NCBI RefSeq assembly: GCF_001194135.2
Contig: NC_068990.1
Location: 42,449,314-42,487,610 of the forward strand
Source of the DNA: Octopus bimaculoides
Lineage: Eukaryota
Reading direction: 5' to 3'
Length of the DNA: 38,297 nucleotides
Of this stretch, positions 11,053 to 22,995 are shown piece after piece; the first letter of the stretch is position 1; each line of letters begins with the position of its first letter. The position numbers and the translations under genes are program-made. Below the pieces are notes generated by a model, which worked only from the letters and a program-made list of their open reading frames with translations, was not told where the DNA came from and searched no databases.

Positions 11053-12793
11053 ATCGATGTGTGTGTTTCTGTGTATTTACACAATTCTATGCATGTATTT
11101 GTATATGTGAGTTGTATATCTTCTGAGATATTAATACTCACAAATATATATAAACACTCACAAACCCATCCATTTACACACATACACACACACATACACA
11201 CACACATACACACTCATGTATGTGTGTGTACATGCATACATATATACATATATCCATATATATAAAAACTCACATACACACACTCACAAACCCATCCACA
11301 CAAACACTCACACACGCACACGCACACAGTTTACATGCTTCTCTAATTCCAAGATTTCTGCCTAGCATAGCCGTGATAATGGCTTCAGGAGTTAAGCCCT
11401 GTCTCATTTCTGGTTTTACTTTAACTTTTTTCCTATATTTTTCTTTCTGAATTTTTTATTCTATTTTCTTTTCTCTACCAATTCTTTTTTTTTTTTTTTA
11501 CTTTTTCTTTAGGTTGTTAATATACCCATATATGGTAAGGCCAGATAACATGTGTTATCAATACAAAGGGAAATTCAACAAATCCCAACTTTAAGATGTT
11601 CAAGTGCACAACGAAAAACTAAAATACCCACATCTACCAAATGTCCTCAGCTGTTTAACATTTAGAACTCGTGTCTGTGAGGGGGCGGTACGTTCTTATT
11701 CGTTGGAACTGCTTGCTAGAAAGATAAGAGAGGTTTTGCTTGAATGTTCGGAAGAAGCTACAAGCGATGGGTTATTAACATATTAGCGTGCGCACGCACC
11801 TACGTACACATATATACAAGCTAGCACGAATATGCATTCGTATATGAGAATATTAAAACCCGCACACATAGATACAAGAAATACACATGCGCACATACAA
11901 TCACAGCCACATTAAAACATATATACGCATATATATATATATATATATATACGCATATATATATATATNNNNNNNNNNNNNNNNNNNNNNNNNNNNNNNN
12001 NNNNNNNNNNNNNNNNNNNNNNNNNNNNNNNNNNNNNNNNNNNNNNNNNNNNNNNNNNNNNNNNNNNNNNNNNNNNNNNNNNNNNNNNNNNNNNNNNNNN
12101 NNNNNNNNNNNNNNNNNNNNNNNNNNNNNNNNNNNNNNNNNNNNNNNNNNNNNNNNNNNNNNNNNNNNNNNNNNNNNNNNNNNNNNNNNNNNNNNNNNNN
12201 NNNNNNNNNNNNNNNNNNNNNNNNNNNNNNNNNNNNNNNNNNNNNNNNNNNNNNNNNNNNNNNNNNNNNNNNNNNNNNNNNNNNNNNNNNNNNNNNNNNN
12301 NNNNNNNNNNNNNNNNNNNNNNNNNNNNNNNNNNNNNNNNNNNNNNNNNNNNNNNNNNNNNNNNNNNNNNNNNNNNNNNNNNNNNNNNNNNNNNNNNNNN
12401 NNNNNNNNNNNNNNNNNNNNNNNNNNNNNNNNNNNNNNNNNNNNNNNNNNNNNNNNNNNNNNNNNNNNNNNNNNNNNNNNNNNNNNNNNNNNNNNNNNNN
12501 NNNNNNNNNNNNNNNNNNNNNNNNNNNNNNNNNNNNNNNNNNNNNNNNNNNNNNNNNNNNNNNNNNNNNNNNNNNNNNNNNNNNNNNNNNNNNNNNNNNN
12601 NNNNNNNNNNNNNNNNNNNNNNNNNNNNNNNNNNNNNNNNNNNNNNNNNNNNNNNNNNNNNNNNNNNNNNNNNNNNNNNNNNNNNNNNNNNNNNNNNNNN
12701 NNNNNNNNNNNNNNNNNNNNNNNNNNNNNNNNNNNNNNNNNNNNNNNNNNNNNNNNNNNNNNNNATATATATATATATATATATACATATATA

Positions 12794-13682
12794 CGTGGCC
12801 TGATCAATAAGTATCCGGACAGTTGCTATAGTAACGAAGCTAAAGCACGCAGAGTAAAACAAGGATTAACCTTGAACTATGCACTGCATGCTCACTAAGT
12901 TTTAACGTTCTAGCTCACGTCCGCTCTTTACAGCAGTGCTTGGAAGAACGCTGTGTAGCGTGTGATTGTCGCATTGAACATGACAGAGACAGTTGAGCAA
13001 AGATTCTGCATCAAATTTTGCCAAAAGCTTGGCGATACATGCTCAGAGGCCTACGCAAAGTTTTCAAAAAGTTTTCATCGCTCTCGACACAATCAAGGAG
13101 ATCTTGTTCAATTGAAACCCGAGTGTCTTTTTGGTCAGCTGAAAGCAGTTTTGGTACAAACTAGGCAGACACGCGTCTCAAGCCCAAATCTTCAGTGATA
13201 ATGGACTGAACTGAACCGTAACTAATCTGTACATCCTCTGGTAACTCATGGATGGTGATTTGGCGATTTCCCCTCACAGCTGCACACACATCTGCGAGGT
13301 TTTTCTCAGTTCTGCTGGTTGCAGGTCTTCCGGAACGTTCGTCAATATCGACATTTTTAGGCTATCTTGGAAACGACTAACCCACTCGTACACCTGTGTA
13401 CAGCTCATACACTCCTCTCCATACACTTTCTGCAACTTTGCGTGGGCCTCTGAGTAGGTATCACCATGACAACTTTCTCTGTCATGGTCAATGTGATGAT
13501 CACACGCTACACACATCCCTTCCAAGCACTGCTGATAAACAGCGGAAGTGAGCTAGAACGTTAGAACTTAGTGCGCATGCAGAGCAGAGTTCACGGTCAA
13601 TCTGTACCAAGCAGCTTTACTCTGCGTGCTTTGGCTTCGTTACTATGGCAACAGTCCGGATACTTATTGATCGGACCTCACG
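12794..13682 (-). mobile_element. Non-autonomous Tc1/mariner derivative made of two inverted 5' ends
   Basis: TA flanks at 12792-3 and 13683-4; terminal IR containing GATCAATAAGTATCCGGAC. Minus strand encodes transposase N-terminus LQKVYGEECMSCTQVYEW...RSGRP...ITEDLGLRRVSA*FVPKLL...ENFLKT. Plus arm encodes EQRFCIKFCQKLG. Confidence 0.9.
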
Positions 13683-13686
13683 TACG

Positions 13687-13687
<1 letters not shown>

Positions 13688-13745
<58 letters not shown>
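13688..13745 (+). repeat. (GATA)n microsatellite
   Basis: Direct reading; abuts the mariner end. Confidence 0.95.
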
Positions 13746-13746
<1 letters not shown>

Positions 13747-14574
13747 ATTACCGATATGAAGATAACTTCTCAGTTATTTCGGAAATCTTGATAAGGATCA
13801 AGGGCCCGGCTCATTCTCTTTTGTATAAGCCATAATGAAAGTTAGAGTATATTCACATTTATAAACATCGTGTATTTTATGTTTCGTGAGTTTGTAGTGT
13901 TTAATTTAATTTCTTGTGATGGGTATAACCTGAAGTCTATCAGATTGACTTAACAGATTGATTTGATTTAAATACATTGGGTACACAGTGACTCTCTTTA
14001 TATTTCCCACTCACGTTTTATTCAGTATAAATAATTTTCTTACTGTTTGCTATGTGATATTTCAATATCATATTTCATTTGAATAAGTCTCAGATATTCA
14101 GAATAATAAAATTCCTACTTCAATCAGCTTCAGAGAGCACATACATCCAGAGCCATCTTAAGACATGGGCACAATGGGCACGAATCTAGACATACACTAC
14201 CATTCTATGTATGCTGTGGAATACATTTAGGTTGTTTATGGAAGGTCTTAGTGCATTACTTTTCCCAAGTAGCCGATACTACAACCAACAGTTCAGAGTT
14301 CAGGGAAAGCATTATCCCGAATAAACCATTGTAGTTCAACTTCAAGGACTATTAGATTCGATCCTTGTTTTGTCAGATAAACTGCGTGTAGACAGATTTA
14401 TGCGACTTTCTCAAGGGCTCGATTGACCACTTATATCAGAGTACGCCCCTATTACTAACTTAATCATTGTATACATAACACTTTTAAGTATTGAAACATT
14501 AAACCCATAAGCCAATCGTACCAGTCCTCTATTTTCAAAGAAACAATTCTCTCGAGATGGGAACAGGTATAAGG

Positions 14575-14638
14575 TGTAATAGATTATTGATGTAATAGAT
14601 TAGTGACGTAATAGATTATCGGTGTAATTATGATTGTG
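14575..14638 (+). repeat. 16-bp minisatellite, about 4 units (TGTAATAGATTA...)
   Basis: Units start at 14575, 14591, 14607 and 14623. Confidence 0.75.
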
Positions 14639-15084
14639 ATTTCCTTTATTCCTCGACTAATCTATTTTCTTTATCGCAAATATTATATTGATTTCAGCAA
14701 TAGACAATTTGAAACAGCTGCTTCAGAATGATTGAAACACGTCTTTCTTGAAACACAACAGAAAGCTTAAGGACTCTGTTGGCAGACACGAACAGCATGC
14801 TTTTAGTAACCTGCTCGTTCTTAATGTGCCAGTGAAGGATAGGATATGTACACTATGCAGTCTTAATCCACTTCTTTGTATAAGTAACAAATTCCTTTCT
14901 CGAACAATCTTAGTTTGCAGCGTTAGCGAGTTTTGTTTGCAATTTTAGCAACGGTCTCTCTTTAGACAGCTGGTGGTGATGGGTATGTTCTTTATCTCGT
15001 GGCACCGCAGAGAATTGTCCTCTTTTAATCTATCTATTTATCTCTCAATCCCTCTTTCACTCCGTCTCTCTCTCTGTCTTTCTG

Positions 15085-15123
<39 letters not shown>

Positions 15124-15192
15124 TCCTCTCTCCTTTTCTACATTCTTCTTCTTCCTTCTGTTTCTCCCCTCTCTCGATCTCAATCTCTCTGC

Positions 15193-15240
<48 letters not shown>

Positions 15241-16305
15241 TAATGCACGCACATACATGCATATATATGTGTGTGTGTGAGTATGTGAGTGTGTATATAC
15301 ATGTATAAACACACATACAGGCACACATTTTACTGAACAAATACAAATATACAAACTGATTTATTTAAATCGTTAAACTTAGAAAACATACAATACATAT
15401 GATGAGATATAATTGAATGAGGATATACATATATACAGCACTCACACATGCATATACAAACATACCAAACAACAAACAGAGGCACGCAGTTCCTGATAAA
15501 GGCATAGCAACAAGAAGAAATAAACGTATTCATAAAGAAACACACTCAGTTGCCCCCATGTAAAATACATTTATACAGGTATGCACATATTTAGGAGAGA
15601 TATTAAATATAATACATGACAAGGTGTGTATATTTCGTTAACTATGTGGTGCAGCATGAAATAGATATTTTATATGGACATGCACACACATTCACACATC
15701 CTCATAAAGCGCACCATAATGCATATATATATATATATATATATANNNNNNNNNNNNNNNNNNNNNNNNNNNNNNNNNNNNNNNNNNNNNNNNNNNNNNN
15801 NNNNNNNNNNNNNNNNNNNNNNNNNNNNNNNNNNNNNNNNNNNNNNNNNNNNNNNNNNNNNNNNNNNNNNNNNNNNNNNNNNNNNNNNNNNNNNNNNNNN
15901 NNNNNNNNNNNNNNNNNNNNNNNNNNNNNNNNNNNNNNNNNNNNNNNNNNNNNNNNNNNNNNNNNNNNNNNNNNNNNNNNNNNNNNNNNNNNNNNNNNNN
16001 NNNNNNNNNNNNNNNNNNNNNNNNNNNNNNNNNNNNNNNNNNNNNNNNNNNNNNNNNNNNNNNNNNNNNNNNNNNNNNNNNNNNNNNNNNNNNNNNNNNN
16101 NNNNNNNNNNNNNNNNNNNNNNNNNNNNNNNNNNNNNNNNNNNNNNNNNNNNNNNNNNNNNNNNNNNNNNNNNNNNNNNNNNNNNNNNNNNNNNNNNNNN
16201 NNNNNNNNNNNNNNNNNNNNNNNNNNNNNNNNNNNNNNNNNNNNNNNNNNNNNNNNNNNNNNNNNNNNNNNNNNNNNNNNNNNNNNNNNNNNNNNNNNNN
16301 NNNNN

Positions 16306-16336
<31 letters not shown>

Positions 16337-16538
16337 ATAGAAATAGGTTCCAAAGATAAAAATAAACTACCCGTGGTAGAAATATGGGGAAAGTAAGAAG
16401 AAAAAAGACGAAAATGCACATTGGATATTAAAAAATAATGAAGGCTTTTTCGTGAAAAGTAACGATAAATATATACAATTACATGAACTGAGATAGAATT
16501 AAGAGGAATAAAAGTCATTATTATGTATTGTTAAAGGG

Positions 16539-16586
16539 ATTCAAAGTCATACCGGTTTCGTCAATTGCTGTTCACTGGCTTTGAAT
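16539..16586 (-). ncRNA. Minimal type I hammerhead ribozyme, G3:C8 core variant
   Basis: AUUCAAAGCCA-GUGAACA-GCAAUUGAC-GAAA-CCGG-UA/UGACUUUGAAU. Stem I has 10 pairs plus one C.A mismatch; the stem III region ACCGGU is palindromic; predicted GUA cleavage between 16550 and 16549. Activity untested. Confidence 0.75.
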
Positions 16587-17431
16587 GCGCACCGATTACC
16601 AAACGGTGTTGGGTCTAGTAGTCCCTGAGTAAAAATATTATATGCAAGGGAGGTGAGTGGTTCTGGGAGTGGAGCAATTAGAGTAGATGTAATACTGCAA
16701 TATGAATAGTGTATGGAATGTATGAGAATTAGTGGTATTAATGGGTTAGTAGTGTTCTATAATATGTTATGTTCTCATGTTGAGTTGTGGATGATATTTA
16801 TTAATGACAGTTGCTACTTTATTCATTCTTCGTTGAACTGAGGTGTTCTGTGAACATTGATATAAAGGGAAAATTTGGAAGTTAGGATTAAGGTTCCTAA
16901 CACACCTTTCTATGTGTTTCACTGATCTGTAACTGTCTGTATTGTGGGTAGCGGATTTGTTCTTTGTGCAGAGTTTTCTTCGACGGAGTAACATTCCTGT
17001 TTGGCCAATATAATGATAACCGCATCCTAAGCAGGTAATGGCATAGATTAGGTTTTCCGAGACACAAGTGAAATTTGATTTTATCTTAAATATTTCACCT
17101 TGTTTAAAGTAGAACTCTGTACCCTCCAAAAGGTGGGGGCATGTGCCACAATTAGGCAGACCGCATTTTTCACTTTTGGTTCCGTTATTAATGGATATAA
17201 TCTTGCGTTGGTTAATATTTTTTTCAATGATTTCGGTTGCATTTTGCTCTTGATAATTTTGTGTGAGCCTAAAATTTTGTTCATTGTTTTATCTCCTGTG
17301 AGGATGGGTAGATTTTGGATGATAATGTTTAATGTCTCATGGTTTCTAGGGTTGTGTGTTAAGATGTGTGGGAGTATTAATCTTTTTACTCAGGGACTAA
17401 TAGACCCTACACCGTTTGGTAATCGATGCGC

Positions 17432-17480
17432 ATTCAAAGCCAGTGAACAGCAATTGACGAAACCGGTATGACTTTGAATC
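17432..17480 (+). ncRNA. Second hammerhead copy in the inverted pseudo-LTR (one extra A: GAAAA)
   Basis: Identical to the 16539-16586 motif except for a 1-nt insertion. Confidence 0.65.
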
Positions 17481-17824
17481 CCTTTAACAATTCAAAATAA
17501 TGAATTTTATTCCTCTTAATTCTACGTCAGATCATGTAACTGCATATATTTATCGTTACTTTTCATAAAAAAAGCCTTTTTTTTATATCCNNNNNNNNNN
17601 NNNNNNNNNNNNNNNNNNNNNNNNNNNNNNNNNNNNNNNNNNNNNNNNNNNNNNNNNNNNNNNNNNNNNNNNNNNNNNNNNNNNNNNNNNNNNNNNNNNN
17701 NNNNNNNNNNNNNNNNNNNNNNNNNNNNNNNNNNNNNNNNNNNNNNNNNNNNNNNNNNNNNNNNNNNNNNNNNNNNNNNNNNATATATATATATATATAT
17801 ACATATATATACATTTTTTAATTC

Positions 17825-17918
17825 TTTTACTTGTTTCAATCATTTCACAGCGACCATGCTGGAGTACCGCCTTTAGTCGGAAGAATCGACCCCATGGCTT
17901 ATTCGTTACAAGTCTAGT
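17825..17918 (-). mobile_element. 3' fragment of the abundant SINE family (see 34641-35033)
   Basis: TTTACTTGTTTCAATCATTT...ATGCTGGAGTACCGCCTTTAGTCG matches the other copies. Confidence 0.75.
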
Positions 17919-17983
17919 GAATCGAACCCACTATTTGACTGCCGTGAGTGTAACACTCTAACGACTAGGCCACGCACCTTCAC
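17919..17983 (-). mobile_element. tRNA-like SINE head
   Basis: Minus strand GTGGCCTAGTCGTTAG (A box) ... GGGTTCGATTC (B box). Confidence 0.65.
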
Positions 17984-18526
17984 AAGGAAAAACTCGTGCT
18001 TTCAGAGACAGAAATCAACCAGCCAAACTGCACATTACAAATATAATCTGTAAGCGGAACAGTTAAAATATACAATATTTTTCTTAAGTTCAAAATGTGA
18101 CATTATTTTTATTATCTACAATACACCAATGGAGATTTATATCATTGTGAGAAATCAACTCTTTCCTTAGAGGAAGTTTTCAAATAATTAAAACTAGAAG
18201 AGAACATACAGCTAGCGTAGATATACATGAAGATATAAATGCTACCCATATACACACAAAACATCACCTGCTCATGATGGATGTGCTTTTGATATCACGC
18301 TTCTGTGTAAACCAGTACCAAACACACACACGGACACATACACACACGTACACACACATAAACACAGAAACACACATGCATGCACACGCACGCACGTACA
18401 ACACACATTCATGCACCAACACATGCACATGTACACATTCACGCATACACACCGACCACGAACACACGCATGTTTGCACACACACATGCGTACAATCACA
18501 TATTCGCGCGCATATATTATGTATGC

Positions 18527-18561
<35 letters not shown>

Positions 18562-19796
18562 NNNNNNNNNNNNNNNNNNNNNNNNNNNNNNNNNNNNNNN
18601 NNNNNNNNNNNNNNNNNNNNNNNNNNNNNNNNNNNNNNNNNNNNNNNNNNNNNNNNNNNNNGAGAGTAAGAGAGAGGAGAGAATAAGAGAGAGGAGAGAA
18701 AGAGTAGGGGTATATATATATATATACATGTATGTATGTATGTATGTATGTATGTATTCATACGTGTGTGTCTATATCTCAGGTTTACAAACCTTTTGTC
18801 AATAATACAAATGAATCCATGTTTACTAATGTTCCCTACAGAAAGGTACACGTGACCTATTGCATATCAGTAACAAGTAGATAACCTGCTCAGATGCCCA
18901 TGTCATCCATGATGAAAACTACTTCATCATGATGAAACTTTCGTTATTACAATGACGAAAACTACTACATCCTCACCAGAGCAACAAACGGTTTAAGCGC
19001 ATGATCAGAGCTAATTTCGAAGTGTCGTCACGAAAATAAGTTTTTTCATTCTTACAGCAAATAGATCTATCGGATGAAACTAAAAACTCGATATCTATAG
19101 TGCTACATTGACCGTTTCTGTGAGAGCCACCCAAATACATACAAACAAACACACGTGTATAGATACATATAATGTCATCCAAAACAAAAGATTGTCGTGG
19201 CATATATGTAGAGAGATTCCTCCTGTTATTGAATTTACGTATGGTGGAATAATCCTATCAGGACTTCCATTCAGTGCAAACATACCATGCTGAATATCAT
19301 TCTTTGGAGCAAACAGGAAAAGTATGAATTGTTAAGCGGTCATCTGCTTGCTACTGTATATATCCCTTCGAAGACTAAAGAAAAGCAAGGTAACTATGGA
19401 CAGCAGCTTCAAAGCGTTCAGCATCTATACACAAATTATCCATATTTATACCAATAAATGGTACACTTGGTTTTCTGAGTAAATACTCAAATGTCAATCT
19501 TGAAAAACTAGAGATTTCGGAAAGGGGAGTTAACCAGCTAACAAGCATATTAGAAAAACAATTCGTAAGCGGGACACTAAAAATAAGCAAGACTTTTCTC
19601 AAGTTCAGAATGTATATTTGTTTTTGTTATCTACATTCCAGCGATGGAACTATGTGTCTTTGGTTAGAAACCAACTCCTTTACAAGAAGACTTCAAATAA
19701 TTAAAAGCAGAAGAGAACATACACACATATACAGACTCACACAACGTTTATATTTGTAAATACACACATACGCATACATGCATTCTTACATGCATG

Positions 19797-19852
<56 letters not shown>

Positions 19853-20159
19853 AATGAGAAAGAGAGACAGAAAGAAAGAAAGAATGAAAGAAGGGAAGGT
19901 GGAGTGAGAGAAACAGACAGAGGAGGGAAAGAGAAAGTCAGGCAGAGGACAAGAGGAATTCACACAAGCACAAATGAAAGTATACACCCAAACATCACAT
20001 GTGTGTTTGTGTGTGCAACAATTGAAGAGTGTAAAAATATGTTAATATTTCACTTAATAGCTTTTTAAAATGTGTATGGTGTAGAGAATGAATGTAGGAT
20101 TAATTGCCGAGTAAATTGTGCGTATTTGTGTGTGTGAGTGCGTGAGTGTGGGTGTGTGT

Positions 20160-20193
<34 letters not shown>

Positions 20194-20335
20194 TCAAGTG
20201 TCTATGTCAAAGTGTGAGGACCCGAAAACGACAAGTCAAGAAAATGATGTCACATCCTGAAATTTATGGGAAAAAAGTAGATAGATAAAGGTGATTATCT
20301 TGATTGTGATGTGTTTGTTGTTGTTCCGGCTGTTG

Positions 20336-20583
20336 ATGGCGGCGGTGGCGGCGGCGGTGGCGGCGGCGGTGGCGGCGNNNNNNNNNNNNNNNNNNNNNNN
20401 NNNNNNNNNNNNNNNNNNNNNNNNNNNNNNNNNNNNNNNNNNNNNNNNNNNNNNNNNNNNNNNNNNNNNNNNNNNNNGGTGGTGGTGGTTGTGGTGGTAG
20501 CGGTGGTGGTGGTGGTGGTGGTTGTGGTGGTAGCGGTGGTGGTGGTGGTGGTGTCGTGGTGACAGCGCAAAAGAAAAATGAAT

Positions 20584-20617
<34 letters not shown>
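20336..20617 (+). repeat. Compound (GGC)n/(GGT)n/(TAG)n microsatellites around a gap
   Basis: Direct reading. Confidence 0.9.
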
Positions 20618-20618
<1 letters not shown>

Positions 20619-22129
20619 AAAAGAACACGAACAAGAGGACGAAGGGGGAGGAGGACAGTCACAACAACAACAACATATAAAATGAAATAAAAGAATGAGG
20701 ACTGAAATAAAGTAAAATGTGATAAAATCTATAATAAAATGGTAAAATGGTCTTTGAGAAGATTTAATGTTTGCGTAGAACAGACGACCATAAAAAAATA
20801 GAAGAAATGGCGGTCGACTTAAAAATGTCGGTTGGCTCTAAGTATTTGAATCCATAGTACATTGTTGTACATTTATTTGCAGCATAAAAGCCTATAAAAG
20901 GGAATACTTAATTTTACATCGAATTTATAATGTTCAAACTGTCTCGCTCAGCACATCAAATAGTGTTTCGATTCTATGTTTCTCTCAATATGTTAACATT
21001 TTACTTGACCTGTTTTTCATCCCAGTGAATGGTCATTGATTCATGATGTAATGTATTCGGTGTTATTACTCCTGTGAACGTCGTAACAGCATTTATCTTG
21101 TCCTTGACTGGTCCGGTCTAGCTATATGTAAATAGCTACTGTGCCATAAACACTTGTACAGTTAACCGTTATAGGTAGCGGAGAAAATATCAAGTTAATT
21201 CTCTTCCTGAGTTTACTCAGAATTAATAGCAGCTACTCCAGATTAGCTAATCATTTTCCCAATCACAATAATCAAGAATAGATTAATCAATGCTTTCAAC
21301 TAATGAGTAATACACAAGATCAGTAAACTACATTCTCAGTCAACCAGCTAAGCTAACCCTTTTCACTAATCTGAAGAATACAGTCAGATAATCGTTAATA
21401 TCTTAAGTATATAATCATATAAGCGTATCAAAACTCAGACAGGAAGGAAATACCCGAGGGATGACGCTCTGCAGAGAAAGGGCTTTTGAAAAGGGGTTTG
21501 GAGTGTTGAGCAAATATGAATTTTATTAGAGGATATACGAAGCTAAAAGGATAAAAAAAGCAGAGCCAGTTGTAGCAGCGATAAAAATGAAACAAAATGA
21601 GGTGACAGCACATATATCAATGAAAGATTTGAGAGTGATGGTTAAAGACTTCATACCAATCAGTTAAAAGAATCATTGCTTTCTTAAGCGTATTAATAAC
21701 AATGAGTTCATCGGGAAACGAAAAGCGATTGTTGATTTGTTGCTCTAAGAAAAGTTATCTCATAAAAGGTCATCTTCCAAAAAACAAAAAAATTGTAAAT
21801 CCTGTTGCCCATCGCTTTTCCAATGGTATTACTATACGAAAAGAAGTACTGTGACATTCATTTGTATTGTAACTATGTTGCAAGCAAGGAAAACATCAGA
21901 AGGCATGCGTTTTTTGTAGAGCGTCGGTAAAGAGAAAGGACAAATAGAGACATTTTTCTTGGTTTGATACAGGACGTTTAATATTGTTTAAGTTCTGTCA
22001 AACAAAAAAGTAAAACTAGTTGTTAGAAATAAACTTTGATAAAGGTCCATGTGGTTGATGTGTCATATTCGGTTCATCATCTATGGTTGGTAGGTTTTCT
22101 AATGAATAATCAAAATTCTTTGTATCACT

Positions 22130-22518
22130 TTTACTCTTTTACTTGTTTCAGTCATTTGACTGTGGCCATGCTGGAACACCGCCTTTAGTCGAGCAAATCG
22201 TCCCTCGGGGCTTATTCTTTGTAAGCCTAGTACTTATTCTATCGGTCTCTTTTGCCGAACCGCTAAGTTACAGGGACGTAAATACACCAGCATCGGTTGT
22301 CAAGCGATGTTGGGGAGACAAACACAGACACACAAACATATACACACACACACACACATATAAACACATATACATATATACGACGGGCTTCTTTCAGTTT
22401 CCGTCTACCATATCTACTTACAAGGCTTTGGTCGGCCCGAGGCCATAGTAGAAGTGGGACTGAACCCGGAACCATATGGTTGGTAGGCAAGTTACTTACC
22501 ACACAGCCACACAGCCTA
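22130..22518 (-). mobile_element. Abundant tRNA-derived SINE with internal microsatellite
   Basis: Head TGGCTGTGTGGTAAG...GGTTCAGTCCC on the minus strand; colinear with 34641-35033 apart from a short internal deletion after GTAGAAG. Confidence 0.85.
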
Positions 22519-22945
22519 TAATTGTATATGTATAATTGCTAGAGATTTATAGGATAGTGTTGTGTTACTTTAGGGTTATTCTGTGTTCAGAGATGATACC
22601 AGTTCGATATGTAACAGAGGGATAAAACAAAAAGAGGCCAAAGTTTGCGTTGGTTTTAGAAGCTTTGTTTTAAGAATATCCCACTGAAAATGTTTGGACT
22701 GATATGGATTTTGTTACTAAGTGTAAGCATTTGGTGTGTGCTACTGTGTCTTTTTTTACAGAGCTATTTAAAAATATATAAACGCAGAAATATCCATATT
22801 TGCAAATATACATTAATATCTGTATATCCAAATAAATGCATGTAGACAGTTCATATTTCCGTAGAGATGTGCATCCACAAGTGATACAAATTTATGCACC
22901 TATATAAATATACATGCATCCTTCCATACATATACATACATATAT

Positions 22946-22995
<50 letters not shown>

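Larger units (their letters stand above)
16334..17590 (-). mobile_element. Penelope-like retroelement, 5'-truncated: GIY-YIG endonuclease, 3' pseudo-LTR and inverted pseudo-LTR at the 5' end
   Basis: ILPHILTHNPRNH...IIKSKMQPKSLKKIL...FTCVSENLIYAITCLGCGYHYIGQTG...INKYHPQLN (frameshifted; stop at 16767). 16423-16635 is an inverted repeat of 17383-17590. Confidence 0.9.

Noticed and set aside
14100-14450. Possible decayed LINE RT (DLCDFLK resembling LDFSKAFD)
   Set aside because: A single weak motif with no supporting neighbours.
14575-14638. CRISPR-like array
   Set aside because: Head-to-tail minisatellite with no spacers, in eukaryotic context.
17919-17983. tRNA gene
   Set aside because: A and B boxes are present, but no cloverleaf or acceptor stem; this and similar heads are SINE-derived.
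18908-18931. 9-bp inverted repeat CATGATGAA/TTCATCATG within degenerate short repeats
   Set aside because: Too short and low in complexity to support a function.
18790-19700. Unique-looking sequence with short ORFs (possible host exons)
   Set aside because: No recognisable protein motif and no consistent splice-bounded open frame.
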